From Candidatus Kaelpia imicola (lineage in GTDB: Bacteria; Omnitrophota; Gorgyraeia; Kaelpiales; Kaelpiaceae): a stretch of 64,000 nt of DNA. This document shows, in pieces, positions 1 to 8,742 of this stretch. Position numbers and translations under genes: made by a program. The notes under the pieces were generated by a model, which searched no databases, was not told the DNA's origin, and saw only the letters and a program-made list of their open reading frames with translations. The stretch is from NCBI GenBank assembly GCA_030765505.1, contig JAVCCL010000001.1, positions 12,306-76,305 on the forward strand. The letters run 5' to 3'. Positions within the stretch are counted from its first letter, which is position 1. Each line of letters opens with the position of its first letter.

Positions 1-789
1 TGCAAATCCGATAGAGATTGCGGCAAGGTAGAGGTAAGTTTTATTCCCAGACTGATGGGATTGTATCATCAGGTAAATTCCAAGTAGAAGATAGAGAGAG
101 AAGCTTATGTCGAGGTAGGACCAGCCGGCAATCTTTGTTATTGTAGGAGCTGAGAGGAATATTATCCCTGCGATTATACCATATACAGGCTTGGCTTCTC
201 TGTTTAAGATTTTAACAAAGTCCATGATTAAAAAGATACTCATTATAAGGAATAGAGAGTGCATTAATTTAGGCATGATATCGCTAGATAGAGAGAGCAG
301 AAATGAATAGAAGAGCTCCCAGTAAGCGGGGAAGTAGCTATAGATGTTCTCCGTCATTGTAATAATTTGCCCATTTTCTAGATATAATTTGGGTAGGTAG
401 AGGTGGTAGTTTAATGCATCGCGTGAGATTGGGGGAGTTAGGGCATTAAGCTGTATTATGAAAAGATAAGATACTATTAATAATAAAGGTAAGACCAATT
501 CAGTTTTAATGGTTTTTAAGTAGCTGAGCTTCAATAGGCATGATCTGCAGTCTCTAATCATAGTCCGAAGCAGTGATAGCGACAGTATGATTATTAAGGT
601 CAAGATATACTGTGCTTTTAGCAGACCTGTAAATCCCAACAGAGTGGTTGTGAGAGTTATAAGTATAATAGCAACCGGTGTTTTACAATATAATTTGTTA
701 GATATATAAACGGGAATAATACACTTACCCAAATTGCTTAAAAGAAAGATCAGGTAAACATAGATTAGCAGTATTTTAAGTGTATCCAT
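1..789 (-). CDS. Polytopic membrane protein, GT-C-like (5' part only; the C-terminus lies beyond the window start)
   Basis: I translated the reverse strand from the ATG at 789 to position 1 and found an open frame throughout (263 codons). It reads MDTLKILLIYVYLIFLLSNLGKC... through a run of hydrophobic helices. The loop ...ISRDALNYHLYLPKLYLENGQ resembles the paralogous GT-C genes downstream. It is missing from the ORF track because there is no stop codon inside the window. Confidence 0.45.
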   Translation of the reverse strand, partial: MDTLKILLIYVYLIFLLSNLGKCIIPVYISNKLYCKTPVAIILITLTTTLLGFTGLLKAQYILTLIIILSLSLLRTMIRDCRSCLLKLSYLKTIKTELVLPLLLIVSYLFIIQLNALTPPISRDALNYHLYLPKLYLENGQIITMTENIYSYFPAYWELFYSFLLSLSSDIMPKLMHSLFLIMSIFLIMDFVKILNREAKPVYGIIAGIIFLSAPTITKIAGWSYLDISFSLYLLLGIYLMIQSHQSGNKTYLYLAAISIGFA

Positions 790-954
790 CTCTTTTAAAT
801 ATTGAAAAGTGAATTATGTTATATGAATATATTAGCAGATCTGCATTGTTTATTGAGTTAAACTTATTATAAAAAATTTTAAGATTATATTATATAATAT
901 CTTGACAGCTTTGCGACAAGCCCCAATGCTTAACATCGGGGTGTTCCTTCGTAC

Positions 955-983
955 TTGACATGAAGGAGGTTTTTTGTTTAAAT
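955..983 (+). promoter_or_regulatory. Sigma70-like promoter for the pilin gene (TTGACA, 17-nt spacer, TTAAAT)
   Basis: TTGACA at 955-960 and TTAAAT at 978-983 are separated by 17 nt. They lie just upstream of the AAAGGAGG RBS and the ATG at 1013. An imperfect palindrome ccccaatg-cttaa-catcgggg at 926-946 sits between the divergent genes. Confidence 0.35.
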
Positions 984-1012
984 GTAAGAAATCAGTTAAA
1001 GGAGGTGTTAGT

Positions 1013-1339
1013 ATGAAACATGGTTTTACACTAATTGAGTTGGTTATGGTTATAGTTGTTATATCTATTTTGGCGGCAATAGCAGTGCCTAAGTTTATTG
1101 ACTTACAGGCAAATGCAAAACAGGCTGCTTGTGATGGAAATATTGCTACCGTAAGATCGGCAATTGCTGCATACTATGCAAAGACGGCGGTTGATGGCAG
1201 CGCGGAATTTCCTACAACCTTGGCTTTAACTACTTTTGTGCATAACTATTTTGCTGCTCAAGCGGCGCCGGCCTGTCCTTACGCTTGTAGTTATACCTAT
1301 AATGCAACCACAGGTGTTGCAACATCTCATAGCCATTAG
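1013..1339 (+). CDS. Type IV pilin / pseudopilin with a prepilin N-terminal methylation domain
   Basis: MKHG|FTLIELVMVIVVISILAAIAVP is the classic class III signal peptide with Glu at +5. AAAGGAGG precedes ATG 1013. The track start at 974 falls inside the predicted -10 element. The C-terminus is Ser/Thr-rich (YTYNATTGVATSHSH). Confidence 0.8.
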   Translation: MKHGFTLIELVMVIVVISILAAIAVPKFIDLQANAKQAACDGNIATVRSAIAAYYAKTAVDGSAEFPTTLALTTFVHNYFAAQAAPACPYACSYTYNATTGVATSHSH

Positions 1340-1352
1340 TATATAAATTTAT

Positions 1353-1394
1353 ATACGGCTTGTAGAGAGACTATGGTTTCCCTATAAGCCGTAT
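1353..1394 (+). terminator. Hairpin between the pilin and GT2 genes (possible attenuator or terminator)
   Basis: ATACGGCTT (1353-1361) pairs with AAGCCGTAT (1386-1394) as a 9-bp stem around a large loop. T-rich sequence follows. Confidence 0.25.
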
Positions 1395-1402
1395 TTCATT
1401 AA

Positions 1403-2263
1403 ATGAAGCTTTCCATTGTAATACCTGTCTATAATGAATCAGAGAATCTCCTCAAGCTTTTGGAAGAGATAGATAGAGAGCTCTCTGGATATGATAAAGA
1501 GATTATAGTGGTTGATGATGGCTCTGAAGATGAAATATCCCATCGGCTGGATCACGGTTTAGATTGTGTTAAATTGATTCAGCACCCTTATAATATAGGC
1601 AATGGTGCTGCGGTAAAGAGTGGTATTAGAGCCTCGAGCGGTGACTGGATATTATTGATGGACGCAGATTTGCAGCATCCCCCAAAAGAGATTACCAAGC
1701 TGCTTCAAGGGTTAGGTTCTTATGATATGATTGTCGGTTCAAGAGTTGGATATAAAGGTCCTTGGTATAGAAAGGTTGCAAACCATATATTTAATCGTCT
1801 ATCAAGTTATGTTACAGCTACAAAGATAGTCGATTTGACCTCAGGCTTTAGGCTTATCAGGGCAGATCTATGTAGGCGGTTTCTATATCTTTTACCCAAC
1901 GGGTTCTCTTATCCAACTACCTTAACGCTGGCTCTGCTTAAAACAGGTAGAAGTATAAAATTTCAAAAGGTTGACATGTTAAAAAGAGAGAAAGGACTAA
2001 GCAAGATAAATCCTTTAAAAGATGGAATGAAATTCATGCTTATTATTATAAAGATAGCCACTATCTATTCTCCATTCAAGGTGTTTTTACCTATCTCATC
2101 TCTGTTTTTCATTACAGGATTGCTTTATTATATCTACACTTATATTGACAGGCACAGTTTTACCAATATGAGCCTGCTGCTCTTCTCTACCTCTGTCATC
2201 ATATTTATGCTTTCGCTTATCGCTGAACAGGTTGCACAGCTTTACATAAAAGAGGATAGTTGA
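1403..2263 (+). CDS. GT2 polyprenol-phosphate sugar synthase (DPM1/GtrB/ArnC-like) with a C-terminal membrane domain
   Basis: VIPVYNESENL, VVDDGSED and LMDADLQHPP are GT-A DXD motifs. The C-terminus carries about three hydrophobic helices. Confidence 0.8.
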   Translation: MKLSIVIPVYNESENLLKLLEEIDRELSGYDKEIIVVDDGSEDEISHRLDHGLDCVKLIQHPYNIGNGAAVKSGIRASSGDWILLMDADLQHPPKEITKLLQGLGSYDMIVGSRVGYKGPWYRKVANHIFNRLSSYVTATKIVDLTSGFRLIRADLCRRFLYLLPNGFSYPTTLTLALLKTGRSIKFQKVDMLKREKGLSKINPLKDGMKFMLIIIKIATIYSPFKVFLPISSLFFITGLLYYIYTYIDRHSFTNMSLLLFSTSVIIFMLSLIAEQVAQLYIKEDS

Positions 2264-2283
2264 ACAGGGCTATGATATGAATT

Positions 2284-3762
2284 TTGGGAAGTCTGTTTAT
2301 CAAAGATAAAATCTGGATTCAATTCTCTATAATCTTTATTCTCGTCTTGATTGTATTTTTCAAAAGCTTGAGCTTTGAATTTAGCTGGCTGGACAATGCT
2401 CAGATTGAGGAAGAAAGCTGTATTATTCAAAGTCAGCAGGAGCTTGAAGACCTGTTATTTCAGCCGCTGCTTAATCCTAAAGGCCAGGGTAATTATTATC
2501 GGCCTCTATTTAAAATTTCGTACACATTGGATTTTTTACTCTACGGGAAAAACCCGCTGGGTTTTCGTATAACCAATATCCTGCTGCATATATTTAATTT
2601 AATATTGCTCTATGTTATTTTATTGAAATTTAAAATAGCTAAAGAGATATCTTTACTATCCACGCTTCTTTATGGTTTTTTGCCACTCAATACCTCAGCA
2701 GTGGTCTGTCTAGGGGCAAGGGCTGACCTGCTGGCTGCCTTCTTTGTTCTATTTGCGTTTCTGTCATATCTGACATTCCAGGAAAAGGGTAAGGCGGTCT
2801 ATTTTATCTGCTCTCTTTTAGGGTATATCTTAGCCTTAATGAGCAAGGAGATTGCCTTTCCATTTTTTTTGGTGATCTTTATCATTGCAAAAGCTAAAAA
2901 TCAGTTCAAGATCTGTAATATCTGGTATCTCTTACTTGCTTCGGGGTATCTGTTTATCAGGTTTAAAATCTTTGGTTATATCGGCAGTAGTCTATCTCTT
3001 TTGCGCGGCGAACCGTTTATAACTATTCTATCTTCTTTTGCAGGGTTTTTTAGGTATCTGTTTAAGTTCTTTATGCCTTTCAACCTTTCTTTAAGCGATG
3101 CTTTTCCAAAATATAGTTCTATCTTTAACTTTGAGGTTATTTTTGGATTAATCTTATTCTTCATGATAGCCCTATTCTTTATCCGTTCTGTAAGAAGAGA
3201 AAACTTAACCCTCTCTCTGTTTTTAGGATGGTTGCTGTTCTTCTATATTCCTATATCGAATATTGTCCCGGCTTTACATTTTTGGGCCGAGAGGTTTTTC
3301 TATCTCCCTGGCATTGGATTGATTGGGGTCGTTGGGTATCTTATCTCAAAGAGAAAAAGTCTTAAAATACCATTGGTAGCGGTTGTTCTATTTTACGGTC
3401 TTTTTAATCTTAAATATCAGGAGTATTTTAAAAATAACGAGCTGCTCTTTAGGAGGGCGATTGATATCTCTACAAAGAGTGAAGAGGCATATAATATGCT
3501 GGGCTATCATCATCTTTTAAATAATGACTATTTCCGGACAATATATTATTATCATTTGGCAACACAGGATTTCAGCGGTTATTATACTTACTCTTCTCTG
3601 GATGAGACCTGTAACAATTTAGGTGTAGTATTCTTGAGATTGAAACAGTATAAAGAGGCTAGAAAATGGTTCCAGTCTGCAGTAGCATTAGATGGAGATG
3701 ACAGTAAGGCTGTTTTAAATTTAAAAATATTGGATTTCATTGAGAGTGCTGATGTTAAATAG
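2284..3762 (+). CDS. TMTC-like GT-C glycosyltransferase (DUF1736 membrane domain + C-terminal TPR), paralog 1
   Basis: The first loop has a WLDN..EEE acidic motif and YRPLFKISYTLDF. It also has NILLHIFNLILLY and GARADLL. C-terminal TPR-like repeats are present. The start is TTG, so the start position is uncertain. Confidence 0.65.
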   Translation: MGSLFIKDKIWIQFSIIFILVLIVFFKSLSFEFSWLDNAQIEEESCIIQSQQELEDLLFQPLLNPKGQGNYYRPLFKISYTLDFLLYGKNPLGFRITNILLHIFNLILLYVILLKFKIAKEISLLSTLLYGFLPLNTSAVVCLGARADLLAAFFVLFAFLSYLTFQEKGKAVYFICSLLGYILALMSKEIAFPFFLVIFIIAKAKNQFKICNIWYLLLASGYLFIRFKIFGYIGSSLSLLRGEPFITILSSFAGFFRYLFKFFMPFNLSLSDAFPKYSSIFNFEVIFGLILFFMIALFFIRSVRRENLTLSLFLGWLLFFYIPISNIVPALHFWAERFFYLPGIGLIGVVGYLISKRKSLKIPLVAVVLFYGLFNLKYQEYFKNNELLFRRAIDISTKSEEAYNMLGYHHLLNNDYFRTIYYYHLATQDFSGYYTYSSLDETCNNLGVVFLRLKQYKEARKWFQSAVALDGDDSKAVLNLKILDFIESADVK

Positions 3763-5212
3763 AGATGATATCCTGCCTTTACTAATAATTGTAGCTGCAG
3801 GACTGATTGTCTATATAGGTATTTTAGATGCCCCCTTTATCTATGATGATATCCACCTTGTATTAAACAATGAGCTGATAACCTCTTTTAAGTATATCCC
3901 CGAGCTTTTTAAGACTATATTCAATTCTGATATCTTGAGATTACCTTTTAGGCCCTTGCAGATTATCTCCTATATGTTTGACTATAAGCTCTGGACTTTT
4001 GACCCTAGAGGCTACCATCTTATCAACGTCTTACTTCACGTATTTAATAGCTTGCTATTATACGGTTTAAGTCTACGATTCTTCAAAAGAAGAAAAGAGG
4101 CTTTCTTAATAGCACTTCTGTTTGTAATTCATCCTCTCAATACTGGTGCGGTAAGCTATATATCTGGTAGAGCCGATCTATTAGCAGGATATTTCTCTTT
4201 TCTATCTCTGATCTTATTTTTCAGGTTCTTGGATAGTCATAAGAATATTGCTCTTATTTTAAGCATGCTGTCTTTTGTAGCTGCAATCTTATCTAAAGAG
4301 ATAGCTTTGATAGTACCTCTATTACTTTTGACCTATGTAGTTATCTTCTATCGCCCTTCTTTGCGTTATCTTATTTGCCATCTGGTTATTGCTGCTATTT
4401 ACATGCTGTTGAGATTGCCGGGTTTTCTAGCCGCTACTTTTTTTAAGCCTACGTTAAGCGGAAGATTTTTAACTGCACCCTATCTATTTTTTAGATATTT
4501 AAAAATAATATTTTTTCCTCACAACCTTAGGCTGTCCTATGCTATCAGTTATATAGATTCACCCAAAGACCCTGCATTTATTCTATACTTTATATTGCTC
4601 TCTTTAGTCGTCTGCCTTGGACTCTATTCAATTAGAAAGAGCAAGAGAATGGTATTTTTCTCTATATGGTATATCCTGAACTTTCTGCTTATATCCGGGG
4701 TAGTAGTTGCATTGAATGCTCCTTGTGCCGAGCATTGGCTCTATCTGGGATTGCCTGCAATATTTGCTTTAATGGTATCGTTAATATATAGTCTCTTTTA
4801 CAGGGGAGCAGTATATAGGTATGCCGGTTATATCTTTATAACAGGTATGCTTATATACTATGGATTTTCAACTCTAGAGCGCAATAAAGAGTGGGGGACT
4901 CCTGAAGATTTTTATAAGAACGAGATTGAACATACCCCGTCTAATTACAAAGCTCATTATAATCTGGGCATAATATATTTTAATGAAGGAAGATATCTGG
5001 ATGCCGAAGAAGAGTTCAAAAAAACTATTACGATATTTCCTGAACTTCACCTGGCCTATTATGGCCTTGCTTTAACTGCTGAAGAGAGAGGAGATATGGA
5101 TGAGGCCATCAGCTGCTATTGTAAGAGCTTGGATATAGCTCCGGAATTTGATCTGGGAAGAGAGAGACTCAAAATTTTAAAAGGGAGCTATCTTGGTGAT
5201 GTTAAAAAATAG
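3740..5212 (+). CDS. TMTC-like GT-C glycosyltransferase (DUF1736 + TPR), paralog 2
   Basis: FIYDDIHLVLNNELI (a DD loop motif), FRPLQIISYMFDY, INVLLHVFNSLLLY and SGRADLL are present. The C-terminus has TPR repeats (AHYNLGIIYFNEGRYLDAEEEF...). Confidence 0.75.
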   Translation: MRVLMLNRDDILPLLIIVAAGLIVYIGILDAPFIYDDIHLVLNNELITSFKYIPELFKTIFNSDILRLPFRPLQIISYMFDYKLWTFDPRGYHLINVLLHVFNSLLLYGLSLRFFKRRKEAFLIALLFVIHPLNTGAVSYISGRADLLAGYFSFLSLILFFRFLDSHKNIALILSMLSFVAAILSKEIALIVPLLLLTYVVIFYRPSLRYLICHLVIAAIYMLLRLPGFLAATFFKPTLSGRFLTAPYLFFRYLKIIFFPHNLRLSYAISYIDSPKDPAFILYFILLSLVVCLGLYSIRKSKRMVFFSIWYILNFLLISGVVVALNAPCAEHWLYLGLPAIFALMVSLIYSLFYRGAVYRYAGYIFITGMLIYYGFSTLERNKEWGTPEDFYKNEIEHTPSNYKAHYNLGIIYFNEGRYLDAEEEFKKTITIFPELHLAYYGLALTAEERGDMDEAISCYCKSLDIAPEFDLGRERLKILKGSYLGDVKK

Positions 5213-7139
5213 ATGGTGCATTCTTTTGCTTTTTTTGATTTTAGGTTTTGGTCTCTATTCAACTTCGTTGAATAATGGATTTATATTTAGCGATCATTAT
5301 TTAATAGGAGAGAATTGTTTGATAAAAAGTTTCTCTTTTACCCCCTATTACTTTCTGGGCTATATATCTCAAGATGTTAAAAAAGCATTCAGGCCTTTAT
5401 TTATGCTTAGCTATAATTTGAGTTATAGCTTATCGAATTATAATGCTTCAGGGTATAGAGCTTTTAATATTCTGCTCCATGTTCTCTCTGCGTTTTTTCT
5501 GTATAGAATATTATGTCTATTCTTTAGAGAGTCTAATTCAAAAATAGCGCTCTTACTATCTATCTTTTTTTTGGTTCATCCCATTAATCTTGACGCGGTA
5601 GTGCATATTATGGCAAGGTCTACTTTGCTTTTCAGTCTCTTTATACTTCTCTCTTTCCATTCTTATCTAAAGTATAGTCTGTCTAAAGCTAAACATCTAT
5701 TCTATCTTTCCATCGTATTTTATCTATTTGCTGCTTTAACCAAAGAGCATTTTGTTTTGTATATTCCAATTTTATTCTCATACATTCTGTTGTTTGATAA
5801 GAGAGGGTTAAAAAAGTTTACCTGTTTGATTTCTTATCTTTTAATCTCAATCTCTGTCTTTATCTATTGGAAAATAATGAGACTGGCTGTTTTTGCAGAA
5901 GCTGCAGTAGATATTCAGTTTAGAACCTGGGGGCTAAATCTTCTGACCCAACTTAAAGCTCTGCTTCTCTTTATAAAGCTTTTCTTTGTCCCGGCAGGAT
6001 TTTCTTTTGATCATCAGAACATAGAGGTTCTATCGTACTTCGATGCGGCAGGCTGGATTACGGTCTCTATTCTTACCGCTTCTTTGATAGTCTTTTTAAG
6101 AACCGATAACAGAATAAAATTTGGAATTCTGTGGGGAGTATCTTTTTATTTTTGGAGATTTTGTATTCAACTGGAATCAATAGCCAGAGAGCGCCATTTC
6201 TATTTAACCCAGATAGGCATTATATTTCTTCTCTATATATTTTTAAGCAGAGTGAAGATTAGAAGATATATTTTAAATCTGCTTCTAGTTATGTTTTTAA
6301 TTGGACTTGGACTAATTACATATTTGAGAAACCCGCTTTATAAAGATGAGCTTATCATATCCTGTGATATTATGGAGTGTTATCCGGATTCTGAGATTGC
6401 TAATTTTCAAATCGGAACATATTTTAAAACGGAAAAAAGATATTCTGCTGCAGAAGAGCGATTTAATCGATTAATATTAAATGCTAGAAATCCCCAGCTT
6501 AAAGCAAAAGCGCTTCTTAGCTTAGCCCAGATAAGAATTGATGAAGCTCGATACGAAGAAGCAGAGGAGATTGCCATAAAGACTTTTAAGGAGTTTCCTT
6601 ATATTAATGACGTTTACAGCTTGCTTGGATTTTTATATTTAAAGAGCGGTAAATCTGGCTTTGAGAGGTTGATTAAAATCTACCCTTACAATGCGAAGCT
6701 TCTGTTCTATGCCGGAGACTATATGTTTAGGAAGGGTAATCTGGATGAGGCCCGCAACTATTTGAACAGATCTTATAATTTAGGTTTAGATTGTCCGGGG
6801 TATTATTTTCTTTTTGGTAGAATAAGCGAGTTTGAGGGTGAGAGAGATGAGGCTATAGATTACTATAAGAAGCTTTTTTCAGTCTACCCTTTTCATAGAG
6901 AAGGGTGTTTCTATTTAGGCTCTCTTTTGGCTCAGAAAGATTCAGAAGAAGCCGATATTTACCTGAAGAGAGCTTTAAAGATTGACTCTTCATTTGCTGC
7001 TTCTTATTACAATTTAGGGTTATATTATCTGAGTCGGGGTAATAGAGATGGGGCGGTTAGGTTGATAAAGAGAGCAGAATCTCTGGGGTATGGTATACCT
7101 CCTGAAGTAGAGGCAGTTATAGCTAAAGGGATATTATGA
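5193..7139 (+). CDS. TMTC-like GT-C glycosyltransferase (DUF1736 + extended TPR array), paralog 3
   Basis: FIFSDHYLIGEN, FRPLFMLSYNLSY, NILLHVLSAFFLY and MARSTLL are present. There are at least six C-terminal TPR units. Confidence 0.75.
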   Translation: MVMLKNRWCILLLFLILGFGLYSTSLNNGFIFSDHYLIGENCLIKSFSFTPYYFLGYISQDVKKAFRPLFMLSYNLSYSLSNYNASGYRAFNILLHVLSAFFLYRILCLFFRESNSKIALLLSIFFLVHPINLDAVVHIMARSTLLFSLFILLSFHSYLKYSLSKAKHLFYLSIVFYLFAALTKEHFVLYIPILFSYILLFDKRGLKKFTCLISYLLISISVFIYWKIMRLAVFAEAAVDIQFRTWGLNLLTQLKALLLFIKLFFVPAGFSFDHQNIEVLSYFDAAGWITVSILTASLIVFLRTDNRIKFGILWGVSFYFWRFCIQLESIARERHFYLTQIGIIFLLYIFLSRVKIRRYILNLLLVMFLIGLGLITYLRNPLYKDELIISCDIMECYPDSEIANFQIGTYFKTEKRYSAAEERFNRLILNARNPQLKAKALLSLAQIRIDEARYEEAEEIAIKTFKEFPYINDVYSLLGFLYLKSGKSGFERLIKIYPYNAKLLFYAGDYMFRKGNLDEARNYLNRSYNLGLDCPGYYFLFGRISEFEGERDEAIDYYKKLFSVYPFHREGCFYLGSLLAQKDSEEADIYLKRALKIDSSFAASYYNLGLYYLSRGNRDGAVRLIKRAESLGYGIPPEVEAVIAKGIL

Positions 7140-7230
7140 AAACCTTGCTCTTAAATCCGCTTCTCAGAGAGAGGCTCGGCTCTAAATACGAAAGATATTA
7201 TATAAGGTCTGAATTCCGAAAAGAATCTCT

Positions 7231-8742
7231 ATGTTTAAATTTAAAAAAATAAGAACATATCATCTTATCATTCTTCTCAGTATTCTCTTTTGGTGTTTTG
7301 CATTGAGTAATATAAGTATTGATTTTTCGGAAACAGGTGGCGATAGTGCGCAGTATCTTATTCTTGCCAAAAGCATTTTGAGCGGTTGCGGGTATCGTGC
7401 TTTAAACCTGCCTGGTGAACCCCTTTTTGATCACTATCCGCCGGTCTTCCCGACTTTTCTTTCTTTTATTATAGCTATTTTTGGTCTTAATTATCAGGTT
7501 ATCTATATTTTTATTGCGATTGTGGGGTATATTAGCCTCATTTTAACATACTATTTGATGAGGAATTATTTAGACAGGAGAGGTTCTCTTCTAATATGCC
7601 TTTTAACAGCTTCAAACCTCTTCTTTTTTATTTATATAACTATGCATATATTGACCGAAGCGCTATATCTTTTTTTATCTCTTTTAAGTTTTTTATTAAT
7701 TTTGAAGTACTTTAGTTTTTACGATAAAAAGAGATATATTGTTTTAATACTATCTTTTATTTCAATTATTCTTAGTTATTTTACACGCTATATAGGTATC
7801 AGTCTTTTTTTAGCTGTCATTCTATTTCTTATTAAAACAGAACGTGATTATAAAGCAGCATTAAACCTCTCGGTTTTATTTTTTATATTTTTTCTTATCT
7901 GGAGATTTATCCCTTCGAGCTTGGATATTAACAGCAGCTATATTACAGGGCAGTTTTGGCTAATAGACCCCTACAAACCTTTCTTGGGCAGCATATTTAC
8001 GGATCCGGGCACATTTATTTTAAGAATTATAGAAGGAGTTAATATATATTGTAGGGATATAGCAGTTATTATTATTCCTCTCATAGGTTTAAAAAATTAT
8101 TCCATTTTCAATTTTATATGGTTATCTGTAGTATTGTTTATTCTATTTGGATTATGTTCAAGTTTTAAGGATAAGAAAAAGCCTATATTTAACTACTATT
8201 TTATTATCTATATGGTTATTTTAGTTGTCTGGCCCTATAGAGAGACTTATAGGTTTCTTATGCCGATAATTCCTTTTCTCTATTATTATTTCATAAAAGG
8301 TGTAACTAAGGCCTTGTTTTTTATTAAAATTAAATATACCTCTTCCATCCTTTGCCTTATATTGGTTGTGGTTTTACTGATAAATATAACCAGCGATTTT
8401 TTTATAATTCCAGATCTGACTAAAATATCGGAAGCAAAAAAGGAGTTCATAGCTCTTCATGATTGGATAAATGATAATATAGTAAACGATAAGATAATAC
8501 TATCACGTAAGCCGACCGTGAGTTATTTACTTACAAAGCACAAGTCGTTAATATTTCCCTATAGTAAAGATTCAAACGATATCTGGAATAGGGTTGTTGA
8601 AGAAGAGATAGGCTATATAGTAGTAGATAATTTCTCACCGCAGACCCGTATATATCTAGGGCCGTTTCTATATCAGTTTAAAGATAAAATAAAACTTATT
8701 TATATGAAAGGTGAATCTGGAGTCTTTGAGGTGCTGCGTTGA
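7231..8742 (+). CDS. GT-C family polytopic membrane glycosyltransferase-like protein
   Basis: About 12 predicted TM helices. The N-terminal loop GGDSAQYLILAKSILSGCGY is paralogous to the 52093..53535 protein (DSPRYITTADSIASGNGY). Confidence 0.5.
   Translation: MFKFKKIRTYHLIILLSILFWCFALSNISIDFSETGGDSAQYLILAKSILSGCGYRALNLPGEPLFDHYPPVFPTFLSFIIAIFGLNYQVIYIFIAIVGYISLILTYYLMRNYLDRRGSLLICLLTASNLFFFIYITMHILTEALYLFLSLLSFLLILKYFSFYDKKRYIVLILSFISIILSYFTRYIGISLFLAVILFLIKTERDYKAALNLSVLFFIFFLIWRFIPSSLDINSSYITGQFWLIDPYKPFLGSIFTDPGTFILRIIEGVNIYCRDIAVIIIPLIGLKNYSIFNFIWLSVVLFILFGLCSSFKDKKKPIFNYYFIIYMVILVVWPYRETYRFLMPIIPFLYYYFIKGVTKALFFIKIKYTSSILCLILVVVLLINITSDFFIIPDLTKISEAKKEFIALHDWINDNIVNDKIILSRKPTVSYLLTKHKSLIFPYSKDSNDIWNRVVEEEIGYIVVDNFSPQTRIYLGPFLYQFKDKIKLIYMKGESGVFEVLR

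Noticed and set aside
974-1012. The upstream in-frame start (ATG 974) offered by the ORF track for the pilin gene
   Set aside because: It lies within the predicted -10 element. The ATG at 1013 has a strong AGGAGG RBS and yields the canonical prepilin leader MKHG|FTLIE.
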